DNA of 63,644 bases, filler included, from Folioceros fuciformis (lineage: Eukaryota), in the NCBI GenBank assembly GCA_049999805.1. It is 23 parts of 23 records of this genome, joined end to end, with 100 filler letters (N's around TTAATTAATTAA, not from the genome) between each part and the next. Parts side by side here need not be neighbours in the genome. Positions count along the whole stretch, not along the records: positions 22,528 to 24,887 come from JBNGIO010000474.1; positions 24,988 to 27,203 come from JBNGIO010000475.1; positions 27,304 to 36,873 come from JBNGIO010000476.1; 20 more parts are not named here. One strand, given 5' to 3'. Both the position numbers and the translations under genes were made by a program. Numbering within the stretch: the first letter of the stretch is position 1; every line of letters begins with the position of its first letter. This document shows, in pieces, positions 23,815 to 36,973 of the stretch. The notes beneath the pieces are model-generated. The model was not told where the DNA came from and made no database searches. It saw nothing but the letters and a program-made list of their open reading frames with translations.

Positions 23815-25742
23815 CAACAGGTTGTTAGGGAATCCTTTCTAGTTGGATAAGTTGAAGTATACTTGGTGTACCTTAATACATGACCTAATGTTTAAAGCAA
23901 CACATATATGTATGCAAGAGTGGAGTGGAATAAGAGTAGGGTTTAGGGATTCATTGTTCCATAATATATTCAAGGAGTTGTGCTAGCCTTGTGCTTGTAG
24001 CAATATTTCACAAAGTGATGCATCCCCTCTCTGTTTTGTCTCTCTCCTCGCCTTCAACTTTGGTACATGACAGGATTTAGAGTATGAATAATGAGAGCTC
24101 AAAGTGATTAGAAGGCATGTGGGAACTTCTGCACACATAGTGCTTTCTTCACGCTGGCCCCCAAGTCCATTCACTATGTAAGGTTGCGAGTCTTGGTTTG
24201 CACCAAGCTATTGCTGTATCAGAAATGTCATAAAACTTCCATTCAAACTTCGTCAATCCACACCTCTTACTCAATGAAGCAAGATGTCTCTTAGCCAAAG
24301 CCTTTCCCAACTTGCTCAAGGTTTCATTTCTTCTCTCTCTTTTTCGTGTGGCCTCAAATTCCTTGTCAAACAACTCCAACACTTCTTTTTGGATCAATCA
24401 TGTCCACTACAAGCAAGGAGATGTAACAAGAAACTATCACCATTTACGTCATTCTCTTGCAAAGTGCAAGCATATAGTTCTTGAGGTCATCCTACCCATA
24501 AGGCTAGCTGCCAACTAGAAACAATCATCAACAACCATTGGATGATGTGAAAGAGATGCACATATGCATCTTCCAAATCTTGTATGTTCAAAGAGATTGA
24601 GCAAATTATTAGTTAAGTACAAGGGAAAATATCACGGCAGCACTAAAGCCGAGTATGAAATTATAATATTGAAACACACATACCTAGGAGCTACCTCTTA
24701 ATAATTTTTATATTGCTCTCTAACTACGAGAAGCCCAAATGTGGCGCCCTTAATGTGACAACTTTCATAGAAGTGTGGAAACAGCCTTGAGAAAGGTGCA
24801 GCTTGGGTCCCTAGGGTCACGAGAGGTACGATACGAAGGGACATCGACTAGGCGGCGCATTATTTGTGGATTCGAGGTATATTAGGTNNNNNNNNNNNNN
24901 NNNNNNNNNNNNNNNNNNNNNNNNNNNNNNNTTAATTAATTAANNNNNNNNNNNNNNNNNNNNNNNNNNNNNNNNNNNNNNNNNNNNACATACTCGTTGC
25001 TGTCTATTGATAATAAATCTTCTTTCATCCAACAAATAATGAACAAGCTTTGAGCATCTCAAGGCTGCTACCCCTTCCTTGTACCTCTTCTGAGTAGGTC
25101 ACGTGTTCCAATTGCCCGCCCATTGCACCTTGCAGGATGCACCTACACTAATGCGGGAGCTATGGCTATTGGCCACGACTGTTGGCCAGCCGTCATGTTT
25201 GGTTCGGTCTGGTTGGTGTTCCACAACATATTATTGCATAATGTTGGATATTGTTGCATACTATGGAAAAAAGAAAGATGTGAACATTATATATGCAAGG
25301 AAAGTCCATTAATTTCTCACTCAGCTGATCATTTGAAGTTCTACAAGGAGTGAATTACTCCAATTATTTTGTAGTCCTCTAAGTTCAAATAATGGTAACT
25401 ATTCCATTAAGGGTTCGTTGTTCGGTTCTTGTACTTTTTCTTGTCTTGTAGGTGATCGAGTTATGACTTGAAACGAGTAATGTATTAGAATATGATTGAA
25501 GATGATGTTTCATTGTAGATGACATCAAAGCGGTTCACGCAAGCAACGGATGCTAAATTGCGAAAGCGAGGTTTTAGGAATTAATTGCATGTTTATAAGG
25601 AACGCATTAAAGGTTCCAAGACTTCTTGGATGCCAAATCCAAAACACAAATCGGCCATCTATATTATCATTATGTGTTGTTTTTGGGCATGATCATATAT
25701 TTTGATTTCTTGCTTTGTTCTCAATTGAATCCATCTTGAAAC

Positions 25743-26954
25743 TGTTTGCGGAAGCATGAAGGTAAAGAGAGACTAGGCCATGAGACAGGAAAAAATGATT
25801 ATATATTATGAAATAACAAAGTACATGCTTCTTAAATTAAAACTCATTAAACTAATCTCGTAGATCAACTAACCCTAGGTATGTTAACTAACACACGGTT
25901 AATCTAACCCTCAACACTCCCTCTTAACTTAACAGGGATAGCTATTAATAGAAACACGTATAGAACGTGCACAAGTTATGACTCAAGCACCAAACAAATC
26001 CCGCTCCAACAACTAAGGACCATGAGCACGTTCTCACGCATGCCCTCATAACGCCTGGAACACACTCACGAAAACTCGTGCCGTTGGTCTGAATTCCAAA
26101 GCGCTCCATATGGAACCTACCATTTTTGAGATCTTAAATTTTCTTGTCACCGGCCTTGCTGCAATAGTCCTCTTAATCACAATTGCTCTTGAGAGGAAGA
26201 TAGCGCACACACACCCCAATGGCAGAATGTCGAGCCAGAGAGGATGGAGGCCACCACCAGCACAACTAGAGAAAAGTTGCATCATAATAGAGCCTGCAAC
26301 AAGCTCCAAGGAAGGGAAGACGCGATCACGCTCCTTAGCAACAAAAGCTCAATCGGTGAAAAATAGGGCAACGCCAGCTTACATCGAACTTCTTCAAAAG
26401 GTTGATCTAGAGCTATTGCGCCACCTCCGTACGATGGCCCTGAAATGTGAAGATGACAAGGAAGCCATGCCGCACAAGCCAAAGTTCTCGAATTCAAAGA
26501 CATGCTCGCCAAGACTCCCGACAACTGTGGTTTCGATCTCCCTCTGACCATGGACAGGCAGACAGATACAATCAAAGAGCTGGAGCAACATGGGTGTGTC
26601 TGATTCTTACCATACTAGGGTATGGTAAGAATCAGACACACCCATGTTTAGATCCTTCGTTTCAACTTCATCCACTAAGTGTGTTCATCTTAACTATCAG
26701 CGCGTGTGTAGGAGAACAATTACAGATTGAATAGAAGGACCCTGAGAACATCCCGAGCTGCCTGAAACTATAAAGGCTGTAGGTAGAACTCTGCACAAAG
26801 CTGGTAGTCTGTAGGCTCAAATTGTTCTTAAAGTTTAGCTCGAGGCAGAGAAAACTCTTTGAGCCCCATGGCTGCCATATGTTGGTAGTGTTTTGATTGT
26901 GGCAAGCACTTCGTAAGAATATCATCAGTGTTTGAATTAGTACTGATATACTGG
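25743..26954 (-). mobile_element. 3' end of a Copia element (RNase H tail, long 3' region, PPT, 174-bp LTR)
   Basis: YISTNSNTDDILTKCLP..MGL ends at 26828. PPT AAGAGGGAG, then LTR TGTTGAGG (25916) ... GCTTCCGCAAACA (25743). Confidence 0.8.
26110..26547 (+). CDS. 145-aa ORF with N-terminal hydrophobic helix, antisense within the Copia 3' region
   Basis: ATG-initiated and intact. ILNFLVTGLAAIVLLITIAL is a plausible signal anchor. No family recognised. Confidence 0.45.
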   Translation: MEPTIFEILNFLVTGLAAIVLLITIALERKIAHTHPNGRMSSQRGWRPPPAQLEKSCIIIEPATSSKEGKTRSRSLATKAQSVKNRATPAYIELLQKVDLELLRHLRTMALKCEDDKEAMPHKPKFSNSKTCSPRLPTTVVSISL

Positions 26955-27203
26955 TGTGGAGGCAAAACCCCGGGCACTGATTGCCGACGGATTCCATCTT
27001 TAGTGGCCACACTTATCCCACTGTCGTTGAGACATTGGGTTTCGTTCCCACGAAGGAGCGATGGGGTTCCTTGCTGCTGTGGATGGAGGGTCGGACTTGA
27101 TCAACTCGATGATGGATTCGAGGGCTCCCCTCCAGCTCCGATCAGGCGTAGGACAGGCCTCGCTGTCCGGCGGTCAGCTGCACCTCTCTCGGTGCCCACA
27201 AAC
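26955..27203 (+). repeat. Repeat family A copy 2, inserted in Copia RNase H
   Basis: Begins TGTGGAGGCAAAACCCCGGG at 26955 and runs into the gap. Confidence 0.92.
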
Positions 27204-27303
27204 NNNNNNNNNNNNNNNNNNNNNNNNNNNNNNNNNNNNNNNNNNNNTTAATTAATTAANNNNNNNNNNNNNNNNNNNNNNNNNNNNNNNNNNNNNNNNN
27301 NNN

Positions 27304-27776
27304 GGGTGAAAGTGCCGGGCACTGGGGGGCAGAATGACTGGCAGGGGGCGTGGAGTCATAGTAGTGTGGAGATAGAATATGGTTTGGTGCAGGGAGATTC
27401 TCCCTTTGGAACATCAGGGGCGGAAGGAAAGTATGTCTTTGAGTTTGCGCGCCCACTGCGGACTGGGGACAGGTTGCAGCAGGATGTGCAATTCAGGATC
27501 GGCGGGGAACATAGATTTGCGATCGCCTTCTGGTATCCTGTGGGAGGAAGCGCGTGGCAGCCTGCGCAGCATTTTTCCGGGAGTTGTGACTGGATTCCGC
27601 TTACTTTGCATCCGGCGGCGCATAAACGCGGGAAGGTTTCCGGAGGGGTAGGGTTCTTCTTAGGGCTGGTGGCTACGCTGCTGGCTCTGGTGGCGCTAGC
27701 TGTCTCCATTGTGCTGGGTCGGTGGTGGTTCCTTTCCAAGGAGAGGGTGAAGTTTACTAGCCTGGATCCTCTGTGA
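27304..27776 (+). CDS. Last coding exon of an At3g62370-like putative heme-binding (ethylbenzene-dehydrogenase/DOMON-like) membrane protein
   Basis: NDWQGAWSHS, YVFEFARPLRTGDRLQQDVQF, AFWYP and CDWIP motifs plus a C-terminal transmembrane helix. 5' part lost at the gap. Confidence 0.85.
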
Positions 27777-28290
27777 ATGGAGACCTACCCGATGATGTGC
27801 TGTGCAGTGATGCCGCTGCCCTCTTTGTTTGTAGTGATGCGCGTTCTCCTGCATCCATGGTGCCTCTCTCGCGTGTGCCTGACCAGGTACATCCAGGAAA
27901 CTCGCTTCTTGTGCCCATGTGATATCCCGGAATTCGCTTCTTGTGCCCTTGAGCATCCCGGAACTTGCTTCTTGTGCCTTTTTGTGATATTCCGAGGCTG
28001 TGTACAGACTAGGAAATGTAGTTAAGGACAAGGAGACATAGCATAGAAAGATTATCCGAATCGGTTAGAGTTGCTGGTCTCTGCAACCTGGACTGCCAAT
28101 CGTAGAACCAATTACCAAGAACGATCATTTGCCTTGTGCCTCTCCGGCACGATTGGAAACACGTAGACCATGTGTTAAAAAATGCGGCCAGCAAAGGCAC
28201 TGAGTTGAGGGACTTACTCGTACCTCCGTGATTCTCAGAGCTGGTTCGCCTCAAGCATACCTTCATGCACTTGGGCAATGAAATCAAATA

Positions 28291-31200
28291 CTACTGCGGT
28301 TGACTGTCAATAGCATCCACGAAAGCAGCTATGTCACCATGCAATTCCCGGTGTAGCAGGGAAGCCATCTCTAGGGACAGTCTTTTGAACGCAGAGCGCG
28401 GTCACCGGCGGTCCAACGAGTTGTCCACCATGAGCTTCAAAGACTTGAGCAGTCCCATGGGAGTATTATCCTCCTCTTCTTTTGGCTTCGGCTCCGAACT
28501 GCTTGCAGCTGCTACTGCTCCTTTCACTTGTGCTGCCGGACATAAAAAGAAAGAGTTTTAACGGAAAGTTTATTCCGTGCGTTCGCAGAGACTTGTTGAA
28601 AGACATCTGCTTACTTTGTCCATGGGTTTCCCGAAAAATGAAGCCATGAACATCCTGCTCATCCTTCTCCAGAATTTTATCAACCGGAGCATCGACATCA
28701 ACCGAAGCATCAACCGGTACAGGCGGACGATGCCGTTTCTGAATGAGACAAGTAAACAGAGGCCCATCAAATAACAATTTCGAGTAAGCATAAACTCCGT
28801 CTGCACACGATCCATGTGTGGCTCCTCCATAGGGAATGCGTGTACCTTTTTCCGGCGCCTGCTCCCTTTTTTCCTGAGGAGCCTGGGGCTGAAAGTGCAG
28901 TGGGCCATTTCCGCTTTCTGGTTATCTTTCCGCATAGCCTCGAGCTTGAGAGCTATTCTCTCCTGGTCAGCTTGCAGCAGCTTGTACCACTGGAGCTGTG
29001 AGCTGCAAAGAGAAACGATGGTCAACATCCAGGTCCGCAGGGAGGTGATCTGAAGGAATCAGCAGATGGAACATAGAAGAACTGTACCTGAACTGTCTCG
29101 TTCGCACAGGCGAGGCCCTCTTCTTTTTAACAGAATCATTTGTTTGAGTGGAACGTTTCCCCTTAATCAGACGATGACAATATGCTATTGAGCCCCACCC
29201 AGGCCTGCGTCTCTGCAAGCACTCAACGACGTAAGACAATAGGTCAAGGAGAAGCTCACATGCTTGGTCCCAGTTTGCAAAGGCAGACGAGTGTGCAAAC
29301 ATAGATATCTGTCCTCTGCTGCTTGCTGCTACCTCTACAACACCTAGGCTAAAGCCTGGACGTCATCTGACACTGAAAACAATTAGAATGGATATTCCAC
29401 TGTAGTAGGCTCAAGAAAAGCGACGTTAACCGAACTGTACCTCAGCTGCCTTAATGACACTAACAAAGTCCTCAAAATGTAGCCGCTGGTCAGCAGCCAA
29501 ATGCTTCACCAAGGTCAAATCTGAGACCACACTGTCATCAAACTTTGCAAGGTCGGCTGTGTCCATGCGCACTACGCCATCCTGCACCACCTCGTATAGA
29601 CTCGACATCAGCAAACCATATTGCTACAAACAGTCTGAAATCGTGCTTTCAATATACTGCAAAGCAGTACCCCGTCCTCATCAAGACAATCGAAGATCTG
29701 GTGATATTTTCGTTCCTTCAGCTTCGCAAGTACTTTTTTGGAGCTGTAGGTAACGTAACCCCACTTGGTAAGGGCATTCTTATGGCTGTCATCCCGGTCC
29801 ATGTGCAGTCTCTTTTTTTTGTTGTAAAGCCACTGGAAATTGTACAACGCCTCCCAGATAACCCCCTGCCGCTGCAATCACAAGCACCAGTCTTAGGATA
29901 CAGACACGGAAGAAATAAGTATAACCCTTGTTGTTCAATGTACAGACACCCAACTTACTTTGGACTTGGGCGAACGTCCTGTGTGAGGTATGAACGGCTT
30001 TTGGCCACCTGTAGCATCAAGTGTCCTCTGTTGCAGCCTCTGCCTTTTGTCCGTCAGCTTAGAAGCATATTGTAACAAGCGGTCTACAACCGAGCCTTCA
30101 TGAGGCAACTCCTTGATCCCCGTAGCGGGATTGATGTGGTGGTTAATCTTTGGGCAGAAAGTGTATACCCTGCACAGGAGACGGTAAAACATGAATAGAC
30201 GACAAGAACCTGGACATGCTGTCCAAGTTCTGTACTTGTGCCAAGAAACGTGCACGAAGAGTCTCTCCGGACTCACTTCCTATCCTGCCAAGCCTGTCCT
30301 TGCTCGCGGCGTGCCCGCCGACTGTCAGCATCCAAGTATAGCTGCTTGAAGCGAGTCATTGTTGTTCTAGGCATATTAGCATCTCGTTCATAGGAATTCA
30401 CACGAGGTTTGAATGTACATTCCATGAACTCTGCCTCAAACATCTGGGCCAGTGGAGGGATACAGAAGACCAACATCAAAATGCCCGGATAAGTAGTCAA
30501 CTGTAGGAGGTGCACTGTCTCCATCAAATGGGAAAGTGTCTGGGTTCTCTCTTTTTACTGCTAGCAAGCAAAATAAAATAGCAAGCTATTACCTCATTCC
30601 GCTGCTCCTGGACTTGCTCGTGGACAGACTTGCTGGGTTCTCCCAATCTCAACCAGAAACGAGTTGGGTTTGTCCTGAGCTGCCGAGCAAACTTGCTTCA
30701 CATCACACCGGCAGAAAGTCAACAGACCTGAGAGAAATGACGTAACTGCCAAACTGCCAACAACTGCCTTGGTGTGGGGAAGACTGAGCACAAGAGCTGC
30801 TTATTGCCCTGTTACCCACAGGTAAGAGGTATTCCCCTTGTGAATAGATTCACTGACAATAGACAAGCTGGCGACACCCAGGACTGGGAGTACAGCGTTC
30901 TTGGAAGCTGGCACAAAGCTGCAGACAGGACTCAACAGGTACCTTATTTCTGGCGAGCCTGTGCAACCAGCCAGCTCCCTAGATTCTGCTTCTTCACGCC
31001 CTACTTGCTCTCGATGTATCATCCGGATCAAGCGATCAATTCCCTCTTCATATAGCATTTCTCCATAGTTCTCAAACTGCATGGCTTTCCGCTCTCGCCT
31101 GGCAGCTAGGTAGATTGAATTCTACACAGTCAGGTGCCATTAATGCTATAGTAGTCAGCCACAACATTAGTTCAAGCATATAGCATCACACAAACAGCAA

Positions 31201-33413
31201 GTGCTACCTCAACGGTTTTACAGACCTTTGAGATTTGTGTCTTAGCTGTAGACAACTTTTGCCTGTAACCCTCCACGGTTGCCTTCTCCAGATCGGCATG
31301 CCTTTTCCTTTGCACCAGGTATCCCTGGTACAAACGCATGTAGACAGCTTTCTGTGCCAAAGAAAGACAGCAAGCAAGGCTTAACAAAATAAGATCACCA
31401 TACCGAAAGCTCAGACGCAACCCGAAATGCAGAAAGCAAGGTCACCCACACCAGCTCTGTTCAGCTGATACAGATTCCTTTTGCATACCGCCTTATCAGA
31501 AAGGTCAAATCTTGCCGGTAGGTTCCGACACCCTTTCCTTCCTTCCTCCATCCAGTTCTTTTGAGCTTCATGTTTTGCTCTACTGGAACTGGTGTGTGAA
31601 AGGACCCGATCAGAAAAGCGGCGCGCTGTTGTTGGAGTCTGAGCTCTCTTAGACTTTGGTGAACCTGGCAATGTGCGCTGTGATTCTGTTGCCTGTGTTG
31701 CTTGGTCATCCTTTTCTTCTGAAAAAGGCTGCTTCGCTTGCATTTTGGGGTAGAAAGAGATGTCTCTATCCTGCTGACTGCAAGATCACCCTCATGTCAT
31801 CCACGACACAGACCACCAGAGCTGGAACATGTTTTCCTAATTTAAGAACAGATTGCTCCTGTTGCAGTATGCACACTTGCTGCGTCGACCGCAGGTCAAC
31901 GAAGAAATATATTTCAGAAAGTACCTGATGCTGATGATGTTGGCGACAATGTGATCAGTAAGTGGTTCGATGAAGTCATCAGGAAGGCCTTGCTCAGCAC
32001 AAAACCTTCTAGCCACTGATTCAGCTGTGTCACCCTCCACCATGGCAATATGATTAACCGCCCCATCTTCAAGCTCCACCGTGATATTCAGAAGCACTTT
32101 GTCTTCATCTTCTGCAAATAAGAATGAGACACAACCGACACACAGACCATGATGAGACCAACCTGTGGCAAAGAAGGCCACCTACAATGTAGGTTGCCTA
32201 CGTCAGAACAAGGACGTAATGTGGTCTGACCACGTTCAGTAACTTCTGACAATTTTAGGACCCGTTTACCAGGATGCATTCTGCAATTTTTTAGCAAACA
32301 GTCCTAGAATCACAGCAGGATTTAGCGCAGTTTCCAAAAATCCTTCAAGCTGGGTGGTCAAGAGAACCTTCTTGGAATTCTCTTTGCGGCATCGCTGAGT
32401 TCTGAGATCTAGAACAACAAGCTGGCAGCATCCGTCTCCCTCCATTCTGCTGGTTTATTCGTGGCAGCGGAAAAACTCTTAGGCATACCTCATGGAAAAT
32501 TTTGTCTTTACTATTAAAGATGGAGGTACAACCAGCCTGTGTTGCCAAAACGCGATACTACTTGCAAAGGAACACTACTTGCGAGGATGCAGGGAAGAAT
32601 ATACATATCAAAGTGTCACAACCTTGGCCATTTTCTGTTACTCTGTAGGCGTCTTTGGTATTTTATCATCGTCTCGGGGAGGTCATCAACACTCCCTGAT
32701 AGAGCTCCACCGCTCCTCATAAATAGGTCGAGTTGATTGCGAAGATTCTTCAGTCACCGTCATAATGCGGCTTTGTTGCTAGTTATTGAAGCTATCAACG
32801 TATAAAACGGCATCCTCTCAACATAACCTGGTCTATCTTTCCGTTCTCCCTCCTCGTCCAACCGAAGTGAAATACCGGCATTTTGATTCCTTGACCTGTC
32901 GGTACATGCAGCCGCTTCCCAATGTATCGTCCAGCTTGCATGCAGCGCTCACCGATCATGGCAAGAACGGTATCACTTTCCCTGCCAGCTTCAACCGCAG
33001 AGAACTCAAACTTCCATCAACACTCCTTCGTAGCACAACCAGCTTTTTCACCGGTTCAAGCCAACGAACGCATTTTGCTCCATAATGAAGGAGCGCAAAT
33101 CTCAAGGCTCCCAACTGCATTCTTTCCCGGACCTCACCGTCTATCGCCAGCAGCAGAACTCATGGTCATCCAGGATTGCCGAGACTGACGAGCAAAACGC
33201 GATGACACATATCCCAAATCTTCCAAAATCGACGCTGCCATGGGCAGAACCGAAATTCTGGCAGACTGTCAAGCGCGCACCTTCCCCCCTCGCTAAAACC
33301 GCACCGCACCTCGCTCCCTTGTCAGAATCGGATCAAAAAACTGGTACAGACGCAGAGGCCTCAGCCACAGGTGCCTGCCCTATCCTTGCTGCCGGCGGCG
33401 CGCGAGATGCCAT
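28291..33413 (-). CDS. Multi-exon gene, uncharacterised protein with repeated xTFxPx[IVL] motifs and an EF-hand-like loop (boundaries approximate)
   Basis: Exon-like peptides bounded by GT/AG: VLLNITVELEDGAVNHIAMVEGDTAESVARRFCAEQGL, YMRLYQ, GEMLYEEG, ECTFKPRVN, FKQLYLDA, YTFCPKIN, VVDRLL, IFDCLDEDG|DGVV, HCTFSPRL. Candidate ATG at 33413; stop at 28402 or 28291. Confidence 0.75.
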
Positions 33414-33959
33414 CTCCACCCGATTCTTCAAGCGCCAAACCCTGTGCACATCGTCGCATGCACATTCCATTCCTCGCTCTTCGCGGCTTGCTGTGATTAC
33501 CGGAGAAATGTGGCCCATCGCGTTAGGTTGAGACTATGGGAATTCTGGAAAGCGGCGACAAAGACTGTCTTAGCCAGCGGGCCTCTGTAGTGTGTCGTGC
33601 CGCGCGGGAGGCCGGCCGGTTCAACCTGTTCGCGCGGCTAGAGTGTGCTTTCCCCTTCGCTGCACTCCCAAGCCGTTATCGTTGTCGTTTAACGTACTGA
33701 AGAGACGTCTCGTCAAGTTCAAGTAGGTTTTCTGTTATGGGGATGCACATGAAGAGAAAGGTGGAGACGTACTGTTAAAGAAGGGATGGAAATCCTTCTC
33801 CTAACACAAAGGAGTAGAAGCCAGTGAAGGCACTTAAACTAGGGGCCTAGTCCCGACAGATCAGGCTGAAGGGAAACCCATTAAACAAAGTTTACGAGAG
33901 CATGCCAAGAGGGACCCTCCAGCTATAGGTTGCATGGAAGTATGCCAAAAGGGATCGTG

Positions 33960-36500
33960 CAGCTTCAACTTGAAACTTATTTATTTATTTCTTTAACTTG
34001 AAACTTATTTATTTAGGGATTTATTTATCCTGAAGACTTTATAGAAAAAAAAAAGATACAAGTTCCATCTACCTTGTCAGATACAAGTTCCATCTACCCT
34101 GTGACAAGGGGAACAACCCACAATGGAGAAAAGCCAAGAATGGGGCTTAACCCCTTGCCCGCCTAGCCTCTAACTCCCTATCATCCCTAAGATGTTACAT
34201 TTAAGTATAACATATGGCCTACATACCATTGGGGCCACTGAAGCCACATCCGCCACACATGATGTTGTCTAAGAAATTGCATTTGCCAAGGGCTTTTGCA
34301 GCACAATCGAAACCCGTTGCCAGAAAAATGCGACCACACCAGATAGGGGAAGCCCTACTTCGCTCCTGCTGACTTGATGGGCCTTCACACATGTCTTCAA
34401 AAACCTGGAAAAATCCTTACCCATGGCCCCATGCATTTCAATAGCAAGGGGGATGAACAAGTGACCCGGCTGCACGGGCCTATACTTGCAAGTCTTCCTT
34501 GTTGTGCTTCCTTCTACCGCCCAACCCAGGAGGTTGATAACGACGTGCTTGCTGATGGTCGTCCAAGTGGGGTTTTTAACCACTACATCCGCTATAGAAA
34601 CCTTGTCCCCCCTGGTTAGGAAAAGGTCTATAATGAGAGAGACGTCATTTAGCAAGGTATATGGGCGCTCTTTGTAAAGGAAGAAGCCACCGTCCTTGGC
34701 CAAAGAAAACATAACGTCCCTCACTGCATTATGGGTTGCTATGTGCTCCCCGCTGATAGGACAACGCGCCGGGTGGCTCTTAGGGTCGTTGAGGGGGACT
34801 TGTCAAGCATGATTGTGTGCTGTTGCATTAAAATAGTAATTTGTTAATAATTAAGTGATATTTATAAATAGCATTAGTAGCAATTAATAACTATATAGTG
34901 AAGATGATTAGAAATTATAATATAATATAAAGTCAACTAGATAGACACACAACTAAATGTGTGGATATGGGTGCAGCAGGTCTCAAGTAGCAGGCATAAA
35001 AGCTTAGCTTAGAGGAGGTCTCAAGTATCAGGCATAAAAGCTTAGCTCAGCGGTGTCCGCTGTAGCTGTAAGCGTATATTCCCTTGCTTTCTGGGAATAG
35101 GCTTTCTCTTGAGGGAGCATTCTCTTGTTGGAAATCTAGTTGAGGTGTGCGTGTGTGCAGTGTGCAAGATCATGTGACCCAATCGAGGATTTGAGAAGCC
35201 AAGTTACAGCTTTGAGAAGTGTGGATGCAGGTGGAGGAGATTTTGTGGTGTTTAAAGGAAGCAAACGCTTCACTCTTATAGAGTTGTAGCTCCATCATGC
35301 AGTGTTTAATGTGTGTGTAATGTGACATGGTGTAAGTATTGTTAACTAATGGACCATGCATAAGTGCGATGTTTAGCGGCACAGCACGACAGACCCCACA
35401 ACTATAAGAAGAGAGAGACGAAGCCAACGGCTGGACCAAGCCAAGGCGGGACCTCATCATGGTAGAGAAAGAAGCTGGTGTGATTCGGAAAGCCTAGATG
35501 CATGGACGGGCCAAGAGGCAAGAGCCAGAACCCTTCCCCGAACAAGATCAAAGGCGTGCCCAAGCTTGCTTGTCAATGGAGAAATCTAGCATAAGGGCCT
35601 ACAGCTCTTGTCCACAATGCTTTTCCATGAGAGTGGCCTGAAGCTCCCTCATACCCCCCAAAAGAAGGAGGAAAAAAAAGGCATAATCAATCGAGCTTGT
35701 GAGGATAAGAGATCGCGGGCACTCATGAGGGACTCCTAGAGGGGGAATGGCCCCTCCTCAGCTCCCGTGACAAAACCCTCTAAAAGGTCTGAGTGTCCGA
35801 TAGAAAAGCGAGTCACCAAAGTTGGGATAGAGAGCGCCCAACTACCAAGAAAAGCAACTCGCATCGACGCCTCCATGGCCAGTAGCCTAATGCCACCCGA
35901 AGCAATGGGTGGGAATGCTTATCTCCTAGCCAAATCACCTGCGGTACAACCGAATCGACGTATGTTAACAATGTCCCCTAATTCCTTCAATACTTGCTTA
36001 TCAAAGTCCCTCAGTTTGCAAAAAAAATCTGGGGATGGAGGCACCGTATGGATGAGGTACCCGAGGCATCGTGTAAAGCAAGTGGAAAGGATGCCGTAGG
36101 CCTGCTGTGGGTCCCCAAGCTGATGAAGGTCCTTAATGTGCACCAAATCCTCTGTTAAAGCTGCATCCACAAATTCATGGATGAAGTCGGGGGGCCAAAA
36201 GGGATCCCCAGGACACAGATCCCCAACGAAGAATTGATGTTCCACTCTAGACATTGTAGAGATGGGGTGATATTAGATGGAGACCAAATCTTACACTTAA
36301 AAATCTTGACTTTTAGGCCCAAGCGTAAGAGCTCCTTTGAGAAAAGCTCAAAGGCTTCCTTAACCTTATCCCTTGGACCTAGGAGATGGGTATCTTCGGC
36401 CACAGATGGAAAGAGACAACCCTCTACCGTAGAAGAGGTAATTGAAAGGGCTCTAGAAATGGAAGAAGCACCCTTGACCTATAGCTCTCAAAGGGTCTGA
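33960..36500 (-). mobile_element. CRE-like non-LTR retrotransposon (RT C-terminal half, Zn knuckle, RLE, 3' tail), degenerate
   Basis: LFPSVAEDTHLLGP, LGLKVKIFKC, VLGIPFG, SGGIRL, MRSRLGL, HPARC..THNAVRD, IADVVV, FIPLAIEMHGAMG. Duplicated AATAAATAAGTTTCAAGTT at the 3' end. Confidence 0.88.
34801..35391. repeat. Solo-LTR-like insertion (591 bp) in the CRE element
   Basis: TGTC...GACA termini with near-TSD GACT/GACC. Removing it restores SCGVPLNDPKSHPARC. Internal ~32-bp direct repeat at ~34978 and ~35016. Confidence 0.75.
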
Positions 36501-36973
36501 TCAAAGTCCTTGTGTGCTTTAACCAAGTAAGACCTGACCTCATAACCCCTTCGAACAAATTGTTGCATACGGGACACAAGGTATTTTTGGCTGGCATAAA
36601 AGAATGAGGTGCCATAAGTGAACAAAATAAAATGTCATAAAGAGACCAATAGTAAACACCCTACCAGCTCCAACCTGCCTGCATAATTCCGGCTTCAAAC
36701 CTTGAATACCAAAACGTAAAAATGCTGTGAAACCAAAGCTCTTTGAAAATCTCCAGGTCAATCAAAAATCGAATTCTAGAAGAAACCATAACACAAGGAA
36801 AATAACAAAAAGGACGAAAGATCCGCCAAACCCAACTCCACCCAGATTGGAGGGTCCCAAACTCGAGTGCGACNNNNNNNNNNNNNNNNNNNNNNNNNNN
36901 NNNNNNNNNNNNNNNNNTTAATTAATTAANNNNNNNNNNNNNNNNNNNNNNNNNNNNNNNNNNNNNNNNNNNN

